A stretch of DNA of 64,000 nucleotides from Felis catus. Taxonomy: Eukaryota. The stretch spans positions 20,338,001 through 20,402,000 of the forward strand of contig NC_058369.1 in assembly GCF_018350175.1 (NCBI RefSeq), in the 5' to 3' direction. Both the position numbers and the translations under genes were made by a program. Under the pieces are notes generated by a model that was not told the DNA's origin, made no database searches, and was given only the letters and a program-made list of their open reading frames with translations. Below, piece by piece: positions 1 through 13,187 of the stretch. The number at the start of each line of letters is the position of its first letter. Positions within the stretch are counted from its first letter, which is position 1.

Positions 1-1732
1 GGTTCTCAGGCAGGGCACTGAATGTCACCAGAGTGTCACGGTGAGTAGCGTTGCCTCCCTTGGTGTTAGGGTGAGCTGGAGTTGTGATTTGGAGAGTGTA
101 GAGAAGTGTTGGTAGGCTGCCGAGTTTGGTAGGTTGCTTTATGTGGGCCACGGTGATGGCAGCCTGGGAGATGAACAGGAGAACTTTGCAGAGTGGGCTT
201 TCTGATAGAGAATGACCTCTTACTGCGGGGGAGTGGGTGACTCAGATCTGTTAGAATTCCCGTGCTTGCTAGTGGATGTGGCTGACTATGTTAGTGACTG
301 GACACCAAGGTGGATGGGGCTGGAAAGGGCTTTTGGGGGCTGAATGAGTTTGTTCCAGAGTAGAAGACTACTATGGAATCATTCCTTTTCACTCCAAGTC
401 AGAATGGTAGCTGTCCTTGACAGTATTTTAAGTAAACAATTTCTTTGTGGTATTTGGATCCAAAGCTTTCTTCTGTACTTTTCTTTTTTTTTTTTTTTTT
501 CTCCTGTTTTTGAATTGTGACTCATACTTTCATTTCAGGACTGTGGCTATTGTTTGTAATGCTAGACAAACTTAGACACCATAATATATGTAAATTCTAG
601 GGGTTTTCAGTCCAATTCTTAGAAATCTAAATTAATTTCAGAGCCTGTTTTCACTAATTTGTGTGTCATTGTTTAATGTGTGCAACTCTACAGAGGGATG
701 TGAAATCCCTAACAGTTTATGTTGTTAAATGTTCTTTGTATCCCTAATCCATGAAACTTCATTTTCTCCTGCTGCCATGAAGTCATTATGTTGAATCTGT
801 TAAATCTTAGTGACTGCCATTTGAGCTTTTACAGAACATTATCTTCTTCACTAGAAGTGTTCTCCGTCTTCAGTGAATTTGGTCTGCACACTGTGTCTCA
901 TCTGTATTATTGAAGGCAGTGTGCAAACTCCAGCTCTGAGGCCTGCAGCTGTGCACCAGAGCTCTGTGTGTAGCATTCAGGCAAAGTTGGTGTGTTGTCT
1001 GTAGATGAGGTATCAAACTCTATACAACAAATGGCAATATCAGACCATTGCACCTTCTGAGTTTATTTAGAGTGTTAAGAGGTACTGCCCAGTTGGAGTC
1101 TATAAATTTTCAGTGAAATGTGAGGTAATTCTGACTATCTGTAGGTTGTACTAATAGTTCTGGTTTTCCCCCCTTAATCTTTAAAAAATCCTGTATGTCC
1201 CTTGATTTCTGTCTCTTTTAAATTTTTATATTTTAAATAGTTAACTCTTTCATAAAGGGGCTGTTGAATTATGACAGGTACTGTGTTGGGCATCTTTACA
1301 ATGGTGATATTTTTGGCATTTTAATAGTAGTTCTTAGTTCGGAAGTGGCTATAGGTCTGTGAGAGAAGAAGTGGTTCAGGTATATTATGCTTTTAATTGG
1401 TAAAGCTGCTGAATGAAGTTTTTTATACAGTATTAATTCTGACTAGTGAAAATTGATTGTCTTCATGTATTTTCGTGAAAAAGGTGAGCTATAATGTGTT
1501 CACATTAGTATGGGATTGTTTTTGCATTAATTTAAATACCCCTGTTAACTTTAAGTATTTCTGTAGACAAACCACAGGTAACATTTTGTTTCTGTGTGTG
1601 TTTGTGAATAGTGATTTATAAATACTGTATATGTGCTTGGGTTCCCCAGGAAGCCGTCACACTTTCCTTTCCACTGTGGTTTGGGAGCATGAAGGCGTTG
1701 CTTACCCCCTTTGTCTGGTTCACTGTATGTAG

Positions 1733-1794
1733 GCTGGGAGTGTCTGCTGATCACTTGGAGTGCTGTCCCCTAGAACAGGAGGAATAAGATTGAG
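1733..1794 (+). other. RAD54L2: Probable non-coding 5' UTR exon (62 nt) of RAD54L2
   Basis: Acceptor ...ccccctttgtctggttcactgtatgtAG|GCTGGG and strong donor GAG|GTAAGG in unique, repeat-free sequence. No ATG. Fits my recollection that RAD54L2 has a short non-coding exon far upstream of the ATG exon; not confirmed by transcript data. Confidence 0.7.
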
Positions 1795-2082
1795 GTAAGG
1801 CTCAGTCTATTTGAAATTGCTTGCCTCTTGGTTTTCACTGCATACAATATAATGTAAATTATATTTGAAAAAAAATTTTTGCCTTAATCGTTAATCTCCA
1901 TTCTGATCTAGTAGAATGAAATTCTGTCCTTTGCTCTCTTCTCTCTCTGTGTTTATATTTTGGCCAAAAGTCCAAGGCACTCACATGATAAATTCTTTAA
2001 AATATCTTTCATTTTCTGTCTAGAATGTTCACTTGATCAAAGAAAAGAAAAAATGGTTTACATATGTTGTTTTGAAAAACAA

Positions 2083-2892
2083 TTTTTTATTATTACATTT
2101 TATTTATTTTTGATAGAGAGACAGAGCACAAGTGGGGGAGGGGCAGAGAGAGACGGAGACACAGAATCCAAAGCAGGCTCCAGGCTCTAGGCTCTGAGCT
2201 GTCAGCACAGAGCCTGATGTCGGGCTCGAACTCATGGACCGTGAGATCATGACCTGAGTGGAAGTCAGAAGCTTAACCGACTGAACCACCCAGGTGCCCC
2301 AACATATGTTTTTTTGTTTTTGTTTGTTTTTGTTTTTTGTTTTTTGTTTTTAACGTTTATTCAGTTTTGAGAGACAGAGAGAAACAGAGCATGAGCGGGG
2401 AAGGGTCAGAGAGAGGGAGAGACACAGACTCCGAAGGAGGCTCCAGGCTCTGAGCTGCCAGCACAGAGCCCCACACGGGGCTCGAACTCACAAACTGTGA
2501 GATCATGACCTGAGCCGAAGTTGGACGCTCAACCAACTGAGCCACCCCGGCGCCCCAACATATGTTGTTTTAAAAGCAAAGTGATTGCTGAAAGAAGTGT
2601 TTTTGAATACCTCTTAGTCAAATGGATTGACTTCAGAAACTCTTGGAAAGAAGCCTTAGAGTTTTTGCTTTTTTTTTTTTTTTTTAAATTTTTTTAACGT
2701 TTATTTATTTTTTGAGAGACAGAACTTGAGCAGGGAAGGGGCAGAGAGGGAGAGGGAGTTACAGAATCCAAAGCAGGCTCCAGGCTCTGAGCTGTCAGTA
2801 CAGAGCCCAATGCGGGGCTCGAACCCACAAACTGTGAGATCATGACCTGAGCCGAAGTCGGACACTTAACTGACTGAGCCACACAGGCGCCC
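2083..2892 (-). mobile_element. Three antisense Can-SINEs (~2083-2300, 2311-2556, 2669-2892)
   Basis: tRNA-derived heads, (GA)n segments and T-rich tails; ACATATGTT target duplication around the first two. Confidence 0.95.
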
Positions 2893-2924
2893 TGTGATTT
2901 TGCTTTATGTAGGAAAATTCTGAG

Positions 2925-3140
2925 GTGTCTAGTACAATAGGAAGGGCATGGTCTTTGGAGTCATCCCACCTCTACTTCTTTCTTGCTTTTTGACCTGGGT
3001 AAGCTGTTAACCTTTCTGAGCCTTGTTTTATTTATTTATTTTTTTCCTTCTGTAAAATGAGGATAGTATAACCTTCTCTGCAGATTGTATTGGGGACTGA
3101 AGATGAAGGCCTAGTACTTTGTAGGTAGTCAGTGCTTGCT
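2925..3140 (+). mobile_element. MIR remnant
   Basis: TGACCTGGGTAAGCTGTTAACCTTTCTGAGCCT...TCTGTAAAATGAGGATA core. Confidence 0.75.
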
Positions 3141-6100
3141 GTTAGTAGTAGTGTCTTGCTCTTAGTAGCTGTTAGTGTAGTTAGAAGTAGTAATGGGGGC
3201 ACTATTTTCAGTAGTATTAGTAGTAGGAGCATAGCCAGGTGCTGTGCATGGATGAGGGGCTCAGTTTCTTTGTCTGGTGAGGAAGGCAGCCTGCTGTCTG
3301 CACCTGTTTGTACTCTGGACAGGTGAGAGAATTGCCGAGGTAGTCTTTATCTAGTACTGGTGGGCAGGAGTACACACTATAAAGTCCAAGGTCATTCCTG
3401 GCACTGGTAGGTTTTTTTTCCTGGCAGTTTCTATGGAGAAGCCAGGAGGTAACTGTTTGGCATGTCCTTGTTTTGAGAACTGTAAGCATTCCCATTTACA
3501 CTGCTAGAGTATGACAGGCAGCATCATGTTCTGTGTATCCCATGGTCAGGATGTTTCTCTAGCTTTCGTCTTATCAGAGACCTGGCTTTGGTCTTTTTGC
3601 TAGGAAGGCTCCAGATGCTAGAGAGATTTGTCATCTTTCTCTAATTTGGGGTATTTTGATAGAATATAGCACTCTGTTCAGAAAGTTTTTGATGAACAGA
3701 AGGTTGACAGCCTTTGTTACAGAATTGTTCAGTTTTATTTTTTCCCTATGGGAGGAAAAAAAGAAGTCAAGAGAAAAGTAAGAATAAGTATAAGCCAGAT
3801 AGAAGTAATTAGAAATAACCGGCCCTACAACTCTTCCAGTTTTCCTTAGTCAAATCCCTCCTCCATTGTGGCTGGTCTTTAACTTCTGTTAAAAGTAAAT
3901 AATATTCCTTTAGCCTTAAAATACTGTGAACATCTAGATCCTAGTATGTCTCTATTTCAACATCTCACCTTTAGACTCAGCCACTCCTGTGTCTTCGTTC
4001 TAGTCCCTCTTCTGCCACAATTTCTCTGGCACTTGAAGCTGTAGTTACAGTGAACTCCTTGAACATCCCAGCATGCTGAAGCTATTCCTCTCCTAACTTT
4101 CTTTCCCATTCTAGTGATTCTCTGACTCTTAGTCTTACATTTACCAGGAATTAAGGCACCACCATCTCTTAAAAGATTCTTTGATTCTTTCTGGATTAAG
4201 CTGAATGCCTCTCCTTTATCTGGCCATTGCAGTTCTGTCCAAGCTTCTTTCATAATTACTCTGTACACTGTACTCTTAACTTTTGGTATATTTGTGTGTT
4301 TTACAGGCTAGGTTGTAATCTGCGTGAGAGCAGGACCTTGTCTTATTTATCCTTATATCCTAATACCTAACCATCTCTGGCACTGAGTAGCTACTCAGTA
4401 AATCTTTGTGGAATGAACAAATGAATGACCTCTGCATATGAAGTGACAGGAAATCATTCCTTGTGGAGCTGGTGGTGTGATGAGCATTCTGATTTTCAGG
4501 CTGTGTCTGATCCTGGCTGAAACAGTGCTTCTGCCTTTGCACTTACAGGTTGTTAAAAGCAATACTTTATTTTGATTGAAAATGTGTTGCTTATTCCGTA
4601 TGTTCATAGTTTTCAGGCTGGGGGCGCTATTACTTGCTTTCTGTGGGTCTGGCAAAAGTTTCATTTGGAAAAAATGGAAGTTTTTCATTGGTATTATCTA
4701 GATCTTCCTTTGGCCATTTACTGCTCTGAGTGCTTTGTCCTCATGCACGAAGAAGAGTGACTAGTCAGTTTGGGTCACAAAGTCTCCAGACAGCTAGTGG
4801 CCAGCCTGGGAGTGGGTAACGAATTTAACACCAGGATGTTGTGACTTTTACCGGCTGATGGACCTTTTGGAATTGAGCTCAGTGTCGCCATTTTCAGGTT
4901 ATAAGATTAGTTGCTCAAACTTCATTCAGGAATTTGAACTCAGTGACTATGAAATTATCTGTACTAGTTCTTTGCTTAGCCTAATCCTGTACTAAAACTG
5001 GAACTGATGAATTAATTCTTTGTTAGGAGGCTATGTGTTCTGAGTTACTAACCTAGAAATTATGGAATTGTGCCAATTTCATAAGTCACCCTCTTGGTTC
5101 TTCTTTGTGGTAAGATAACTTGAGGGTGTACTATCTAAATTGATTTAAATTTTCATGGTTGATCAGATCACATAAGAATCCCACTGAAGGCCAAGTGTGA
5201 GGAACCTTATTAAAGCCTATATAATGTAGTCTTCTTTCATGCAGGTGACAAATATAACATACTGCAGAAAAGGAAAGCATGAAAAGTAGTTAAAGGTAAA
5301 AATTGATATGAGATAAGGAAAACTGAAACAAAGTATAAGGCACATTAAATGCGGCAAGCAACTGTTGAAGATATTCTGTGAGCAGTGTTGAGATTTTGAG
5401 AAGGAAATTGTTGTAATGTAGGTTAGAAGCAATAAAAACAAAAATCATTTCAGCCAGCATAGGCACATTGGCTTTACTAGCGCCCACTTATGGTCTTAAA
5501 ACATCATCAGTGAAAGTTATACATAGGCAGAAATGAAAATGTTTGCTTTATAAGTATACCTTGCACATGTATGGTATTACAGCTCATAACTTTCATATAC
5601 ATTTCCTTTACTTTACCCTCCCAACAACCCTGTGAAGCAGGTAGCCCCATTTTACAGTTGAGGAAACAAACACAAAAGTGAAGTAGCTTGCTTTCAAGTG
5701 CACAAAGCCATTAAGAAGAAAAGCTTCTAGGTTTTCTGATCCTAAGTTTAGGACCCCTTTTATGTCCTTATAGGATATTGTTACGGCTTCAGTTTGGGGG
5801 AACAGTTACCCCTTATTCCAGGCTTCTGGCTAGGAAAGGATACCCACAAAGAATGTAGTGCCACGCAGGGAGTAGAGCATCTGCTCTGTTAACAGTTGCC
5901 TGGAAACTCTGGAAGAGGCTGAATGGGGGAGGAACCTAGAGGGAGTGGAGCCCCACTGTCCTCACACATCACTTATTGGTCAAGGGAAAAACCCAGAATC
6001 AGGTGGAAATGGTTTTTGCAATATTTGACACTAGTAGTGGTCTTCCTCCTAACATAATGATATATAGAAATTGGACCCCAGAAAATGTGGGAAAGAATTC

Positions 6101-6524
6101 TTTAGATGTGATTCTGACTTGAGCTCAGGCTCTCTGCCCTCATTGTGCCTTCCAGTTCCACTGTGTTCCCCACACCGTTTCTCCACCTTTCTCTTCCCCA
6201 CTGTGTAACCCACCTCAGCTTGGATGCTGGTTTGCCATGGCCCCCAGTTTCAGTGCTGCCTTCCCTGGGTCTGATAACCCTTTGCCTGCCTGACTTTGTA
6301 TACTGTCTGTTCTGCCAGTTGCCATCCCTAAACTTTCACCTCTGGCTTCTTTTGTTAACCCTAGGTTGCTTAGTGTTTCTAGGGAATCAGGAAAATGGGA
6401 TGTGTTGACTGACCACAGTTCCCACTGCTTCAGTTGAGTCGAGCTCTGACCCTCATGGTGCTCCTGTGCTGCCTTCTTAGGGTTCCATTCCCATAACAAC
6501 TGCTTGCATGTTTCCCAAAGCTCA

Positions 6525-7152
6525 TTTTTTCTTTTTTTTCTTTTTAAAATTTTTGTTTCTTTTGTTTTTTATTTTTAATATTTATTATTTTTGAGAGAAA
6601 GAGAGGGAGCTTGCACATAAGTGAGCGAAGGGCAGGGAGAGAGGGAGACAGAGGATCCGAAGTGGGCTCTGTGCTGACAGCAGAGAGCCTGATATGGGAC
6701 TTTAACTCATGAACACAGACCATGACCTGAGCTGAAGTCAGAGGCTCAACTGACTGAGACACCCAGGTGCCTCTCTTTTTTTTTTTTTTAATTTTTAATT
6801 TTTTATATTTTTAAAGTAATCTTTACCCAGTGTGGGGCTTGAACCCACAACCTGAAGATCAAGAGTTGTAGCTCCACTGACTGAGCCAGTCAGGCACTGC
6901 CCCAAGGCTCATTTTTCCCTTAGGCCCTAGACCTGCCCTCCATCTCCCTCATTCATTTTTTTTTTTAAGTTTCTTTATTTATTTTGAGAGAGAGAATGAG
7001 AGAGAGAGAGAACATGGTGGTGGGGACAGAGAGTGAGGGATAGGGAGAATTCCAAACAGGCTCTGGGGAGGGCTCAATCCCAGGCACCGTGAGATCATGA
7101 GCTGAGCTGAAACCAAGAGTTGGATGCTTAACCAACTGAGCCCCGGGCTCCC
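6525..7152 (-). mobile_element. Three antisense Can-SINEs (~6525-6772, short type 6776-6900, 6956-7152)
   Basis: Can-SINE motifs; TSDs CCCAA(A/G)GCTCATTTTT and CTCCCTCATTC. Confidence 0.93.
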
Positions 7153-7754
7153 CTCTCCCTCATTCTTGACCATGACCTCACTTTAAGGCTTGTGCTCCCT
7201 ATTTTTCCCCCTTGTCTTTGTATCATGACACTTTCATTGCTCAGAGTCTCTTGCTTTGGAAAGTCCTTAACTTTTTAACCCCACCCCCACCCCGCTGATT
7301 ATACCAGTAATATGTGAGCACGGTAAAATTCAGGCATTTTTTAAGTAAGGAAAGGAAACCAGAATCCCATGTCTCAGTGTTAATCACCATTAAGAATTCA
7401 GTCTATATTCACATTTTTTTCTACTATGTATACTAATGTGAATGTATGTGAAAGAGAGAGGTAAGTAATTCCTTTTTACAGAAATGGGATCACAATATAG
7501 CTACTCTTCTACAAATATTTTTCAATATGTATATAACTAATACATAACTATATATCCTTACCACCTGTTTTATCTAGGTCTCTTAATGCTTTGTGGTTTG
7601 GCTTAATGGTTTTATCTTGAACATTTTCTCTTGTTTAGTACATGTATCTATCATATATTTTAATAGTTACATAGTATTATATTGCATTGTATCAACTTTT
7701 CTAGTCCCCTGGTGACAGACATTTGTTTCTGTCTTTGTAGCAACAAGCATCCTT

Positions 7755-7763
7755 GTGTGTGTA

Positions 7764-7824
<61 letters not shown>

Positions 7825-7866
7825 ATGTGTATGTGTATGTGTATGTCTATACGTATATATATATAC
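7755..7866. repeat. Compound (TG)n/(TA)n/(TATGTG)n microsatellite
   Basis: Read directly. Confidence 0.97.
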
Positions 7867-7971
7867 ACAATGCACCTCTTTGTATACATTGTATGCATCT
7901 TTATATACATTGTATACTTCCTAGGACAAACTCCTACAAGTAGAATTTCTTTGTCAAAGGATACACATGTT

Positions 7972-8452
7972 GGGGTGCCTGGGTGGCTGAGTCAGCTAAG
8001 CATGGTACTTCAGCTCAGGTCATAATCTCATGGTTTGTGAGTTCGAGCCCCGCATTAGGTGCTGTGCTGATAGCTCAGAGCCTGGAACCTGCTTTAGATT
8101 CTGTCTCCCTCTCTGTCTGCCCCTCCCCTGCTTGCACTCTGTCTCTCTCTCTCTCAACAATAAACAAACATTAAAAAATTAAAAAACAAACAAAATGTAT
8201 GCATGTTTAAAATTTTTCTAGCAATAGGGGCACCTAGGTGGCTCAGTCAGTTAAGCATCTGACTTTGCCTCAGGTCATGATCTTATGGGTTGTGAGTTCG
8301 AGCCCCACATCAAACTCTGTGCTGATAGCTGAGAGCCTGGAGCCTGCTTCAGATTCTATGACTCCCTGTCTCTCTGCACCCCTCCCCACCCTCTGCCAAC
8401 TCACACTCTGTTTCTCTCTCTCCCTCTCTCTCAGAAATAAATAAACAAATAA
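7972..8452 (+). mobile_element. Two sense Can-SINEs (~7972-8190, 8227-8452)
   Basis: GGGGTGCCTGGGTGGCT / GGGGCACCTAGGTGGCT heads, (CT)n and A-rich tails. Confidence 0.95.
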
Positions 8453-9179
8453 AGTTTTTCTAGACGTTACCAAATAACTTTAAAAAGATATTTTTTCTTC
8501 TTTAGCACTGAACATTATCAATATATTTAATCTTTGCCAATTTGAAGCCTATGTAACTAATTTGTTTGAAGCCTAGATAACATTTTCTTGTTGAGGAGAA
8601 TGAGCATCTTTTCATGTATTTATTTCATATATTATCGATCAATTAATTAGTTAGTTGATTAATCGGTGTCTCCTTTCTAGCATCTTCCTGTTCTCTCCCC
8701 TTTTAGTTTTTACCTTACATGCAAGGTAGAACCATAATAACTTTACTTAGTTCTGGGCCTCTCATGCTACCCTAGCCGTCTCCTTCCTATCCTTGTTTCT
8801 TATCTAAAATGCAGTTTTACTGCCATTTCCGTACCACCTGTTTTATCTATGTGTCTTAATGTTTTGTGTTCTGGCTTCTGGTCTTATGTGTCTCCTGAAC
8901 ACTATTTCTGAGGTGAAATCCATGTTGTTGGGACATTTTTTCTTCTGGATGTTTGTTCTCCCTTGTTTTGACCAACTTCTCACTCCCCACCGTCTTTGCA
9001 GGGAGGGAAGTCACGCATGAATGAACTTTTTACTATGGAAAATTTCAAACATATACAGCAACAGGGAGTATAGTGTATTAACCCCATGTACCCATCACCC
9101 AGTTTCAACAATTATCAGCATTTCCCCAATTTTTTCTTTCAATTGTCCTCCTCACTTTTTTGTTGTTGTTGGTATGTTA

Positions 9180-9623
9180 AATTTTTTTTTATGTTTATTT
9201 ATTCATTTTATTAAAAAATTTTTTTTAATGTTTATTTTTGAGACAGAGAGAGACAGAGCATGAACGGGGGAGGGTCAGAGACAGAGGGAGACACAGAATC
9301 TGAAACAGGCTCTAGGCTCTGAGCCATCAGCACAGAGCCCGACGCGGGGCTGGAACTCACGGACCGTGAGATCATGACCTGAGCCGAAGTCGGACACTCA
9401 ACCGACTGAGCCACCCAGGCGCCCCTCATTTTATTTTTTAATGTTTATTTTTGAGAGAGAGACACAGAGTGCGAGCAGGGGAGGGGCAGAGAGAGAGGGA
9501 AACACAGAATCTGAAGTAGGCTCCAGGCTCTGAGCTGTCAGCACAGAGCCTGATGTGGGGCTCGAACTCATGAACTGCAAGGTCATGACCTGAGCTGAAC
9601 CGACTTGGCCACCCACGTGCCCC
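9180..9623 (-). mobile_element. Two tandem antisense Can-SINEs
   Basis: Can-SINE motifs; outer duplication TGTTG(T/G)GGTATGTT-like. Confidence 0.93.
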
Positions 9624-11138
9624 TGTTGTGGGTATGTTTTAAAGCTAAATCTCAGACATTGTCATTGAGTGTATATGTCTTACTAATAAGAACATTCGGG
9701 GTTTTTTTAAACATCATTACCCTGCCATTTTCTACCCTACTAAAAATTAACACTATTTCCCAGATAGTGAGGACTTGATTTTTAATCCTGACTCTGATAC
9801 CTGCTGTTTAACTTGGGCAATTTATAAGTTTGTTTTCTCCTCTTGAATGGTAGTGAGGATAATCATGATAATTCTGTCTCATCAGATTGTTGTGAGATTA
9901 TCTCATATACTCCCACATAAAGTGCTTAGTACAGTGCTTTACCTACGTGGGGTGCAAACATATTTTGTCTCACTCTGTCTTTATTCATCCATTCATTCAT
10001 TCAGCAGATATTTTTTGAACATGTGTGTTTTAGCCGAAGAGGAGACATTGACCTTGGCTTCTAGGATTCTGCACTGTCTTAATTCTCTGCCTTCCTCTCA
10101 GATGTGCCTTTGTAAAAGTCCTTCCTTTTGTCCCCCTGGATATGGATGTAACCCAGGTTTGTTGTTTTCCTTCTATTCCCTCTGTATCCTGGCCCTCAGA
10201 GACCTAGCTCTTCCACTCCCACCACCTCAGGCTCTCTAAGTGACTCAATTCTATAACCCTTGTTTCTTCATCAAGCAGTAAACCCACATTTCTTCCTGGC
10301 TTTTGGACATTTTTGTCTGACCAGGGGAATTACTGTAAAGTGCACTGAATTGAGTCTGCAGACCAGGACTGCAGCTACATCTTGGCCACTAACTTCATGG
10401 CTTGGGCAATTCAGTCACCTCTCTTGGTCTTGGTGTCCTCGGTCAGAAGGACAGAAGGGCTGAGTTAGAGTCTGAAGTCCTATCCAGCTTTAAAAGCCTA
10501 TCAGCTGTGAGGAGGTGGTTTTAGAAGTGTCCTACTCAACATATATGGAACCATAGCCACCATTCTGCTCCCCAGACAAGTTTCTGGCTTCCCCACCTGG
10601 CCTGTCCCAGGAAATCCAGGCTTTACCCTGTGGCTCTTCTCTCTCATTTGTCCTCAGCATAAGACTGGTTACCTCATGGCTAGATCTTCAGTTAGTCTTG
10701 ATTCCTGGCTCTTCCTGGAACATACCTTTGCATCTATATTCACATTGTTTCCTTTGGTTATGTTCATGTTGTTTCCCCTGAGTTCTGGCCATTGAAATTA
10801 TGACCATCTTGGTAGGCTTAGTTCAGGTGACAGTTTTATCCATATTGGAAGTGAGTCTTCCCTCCTCTGACTCTCATGACTAGCAGTATATCAGTGACAT
10901 TTCACAATATGCCTGGTACTTCAGATATTTGCATAAGTTTTTTCTTTTTTCTTTTTTCTTTTTTTACCTTCTGGTTTGTAATCCCCTTTAGTACAGTTAC
11001 CACATTTACGTTGTATATTATTTTTCATCATACAGTATTTAGCATAATTCATTGTGCTAATAGTTTTGCAATAAATGCTTGTTGAATAAGTGACTGAACT
11101 AAAGTGGACTTTGCTTCAAGGTAAGAACATTTATAGAA

Positions 11139-11201
11139 TTTTTTAAATTTTTTAATGTTTATTAATTTTTTGAGAAAGAGAGAGAGAGTGAGTAGGAGAG
11201 G

Positions 11202-11249
<48 letters not shown>

Positions 11250-11374
11250 CTCAAACAGGCTCCTGGCTCTGAGCTGTGAGCATAGAGCCTGATGTGGAGC
11301 TTGAACTCACGAACTGTGAGATCATTATTGAGCCAAAGTCAGATGCTTAACTGGCTGAGCCACCCAGGCGCCCC
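11139..11374 (-). mobile_element. Can-SINE with expanded (GA)n
   Basis: Can-SINE motifs. Confidence 0.95.
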
Positions 11375-11778
11375 TACAGAAATGTTTTTAAACCCCAGAG
11401 TTCAAAGGATGTGATAATTAAATAGTCAAGAATGAAGAAGGCCTAGCTTGTGAAATGGTAGTAATGGTACTAATTTAGACACTAATTCCTTGATTTCAAA
11501 ATTCAAAGAATCCTCTCCTTTCCTGTCCTGTCTCAGAGTTGGGAAAATTTTTGACTTTTGGATAATATGACTTAGTTTCTCCAAAGCATTGCTGTTAACA
11601 CTGTTGTCATCATGGAGTAGCTAAAGATAATCAACATTTATTGAAAGCTAACTTACCATATGCTAGGCAATGTGCTATTTTTTCACTTAATTTAAAAAAT
11701 AATCTTATATGAGATATGCATATTACTATTCTCATTTTATAAATGAAGAAACCTATGTTTAGAGAAATTAGGTAACTT

Positions 11779-12001
11779 CTTATTTATTTATTATTTTTAA
11801 ATGTTTATTTTTTTTGAGAGAGTTTGTGTGTGAAAGTGCTTGCAGGGGAGGAGCAGAGAGAGAGGGAGAGAGAATCCCAAGTAGGCTCCATGCTCTTAGC
11901 ACAAAGTCTGAGGTGGGGCTTGGTCCCAGGAACTGTGAGATCATGACCTGAGCCTAAATCAAGAGTCAGAAGCTCAACCCACAGAGCCATCCAGGTTCCC
12001 C
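11779..12001 (-). mobile_element. Can-SINE adjacent to a MIR remnant (~11630-11778)
   Basis: Can-SINE motifs; preceded by MIR-like CTCATTTTATAAATGAAGAAAC...AGAGAAATTAGGTAACTT. Confidence 0.9.
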
Positions 12002-12077
12002 TTTTAATGTCCTTTAGATAGAAAACGGCAATGCTGGGACTCTGACTCAGGCCATATCATCTTAGAGACCATATTCT

Positions 12078-13187
12078 TTTTTTTTTTTTTTAAGCTTATT
12101 TATTTTTGAGACAGAGAGTGTGTGCACACGCATGTGGGAGAGGCAGAGAAAGAGGGGAGAGAGAGAACCCTAAGTAGGCTTTGCACTGTCAGCAAGGAGC
12201 CCGATATGAGGCTTGAACTCACGAACTGTGAGATCATGACCTGAACTGAAACAAAGAGTCATTAATTTTTTTTAAATTTTTTCTTGAATGTTTATTTATA
12301 TTTTAGAGAGAGAGAGACAGAGAGTGTGTGTGAGTGGCAGAGTGGCAGAGAGAGAGGGAGACACAGAATCTGAAACAGGCTCAGCCGAGCTGTCAGCACA
12401 GAGCCCGATGCAGGGCTCGAACCCACAAACTGAGATCATGACCTGAGCCGAAGTTGGACACTTAACCGACTGAGCCACCCAGGCACCCCTGCCCATATTC
12501 TTTTTTATTTTTTATTTGTGGTTTTTTTTTTTTTTTTCAGAGCCCGTATTCTCCTCCTCCTCCTCCTTTTTTTTTTTTTTTTTTAAAGTAGGCTGCACAC
12601 CCAGCATGGAACCCAATGTGAGGCTTGAACTCAACGACCCTGAGATCAATACTTGAGCTGAGATCAATCAAGAGTTGGACCCTTGGGGCGCCTGGGTGGC
12701 GCAGTCGGTTAAGCGTCCGACTTCAGCCAGGTCACGATCTCGCGGTCCGTGAGTTCGAGCCCCGCGTCGGGCTCTGGGCTGACGGCTCAGAGCCTGGAGC
12801 CTGCTTCTGATTCTGTGTCTCCCTCTCTCTCTGCCCCTCCCCCATTCATGCTCTGTCTCTCTCTGTCCCAAAAATAAATAAAAAACGTTGAAAAAAAAAA
12901 TTAAAAAAAAAAAAAAGAGTTGGACCCTTAACTGAGCCAACCATGCCCCCTAGAGACCATATTCTTTAAAAAAAATTTTTTTTTCAACGTTTATTTATTT
13001 TTGGGACAGAGAGAGACAGAGCATGAACGGGGGAGGGGCAGAGAGAGAGGGAGACACAGAATCGGAAACAGGCTCCAGGCTCTGAGCCATCAGCCCAGAG
13101 CCTGACGCGGGGCTCGAACTCACGGACTGCGAGATCGTGACCTGGCTGAAGTCGGACGCTTAACCGACTGCGCCCCCCAGGCGCCCC
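12078..13187. mobile_element. Cluster of five Can-SINEs (antisense 12078-12262, 12264-12489, 12567-12950, 12966-13187; sense 12685-12914 nested in the third)
   Basis: Can-SINE motifs; TSD AAGAGTTGGACCCTT at 12670-12684 and 12915-12929; recurrent CCATATTCT target. Confidence 0.93.

Noticed and set aside
7660..8025. Overlapping ORFs with YI/HT/CV repeats (similar ones at 13990-14656 and 38096-38444)
   Set aside because: Translations of microsatellites and SINE (GA)n tracts.
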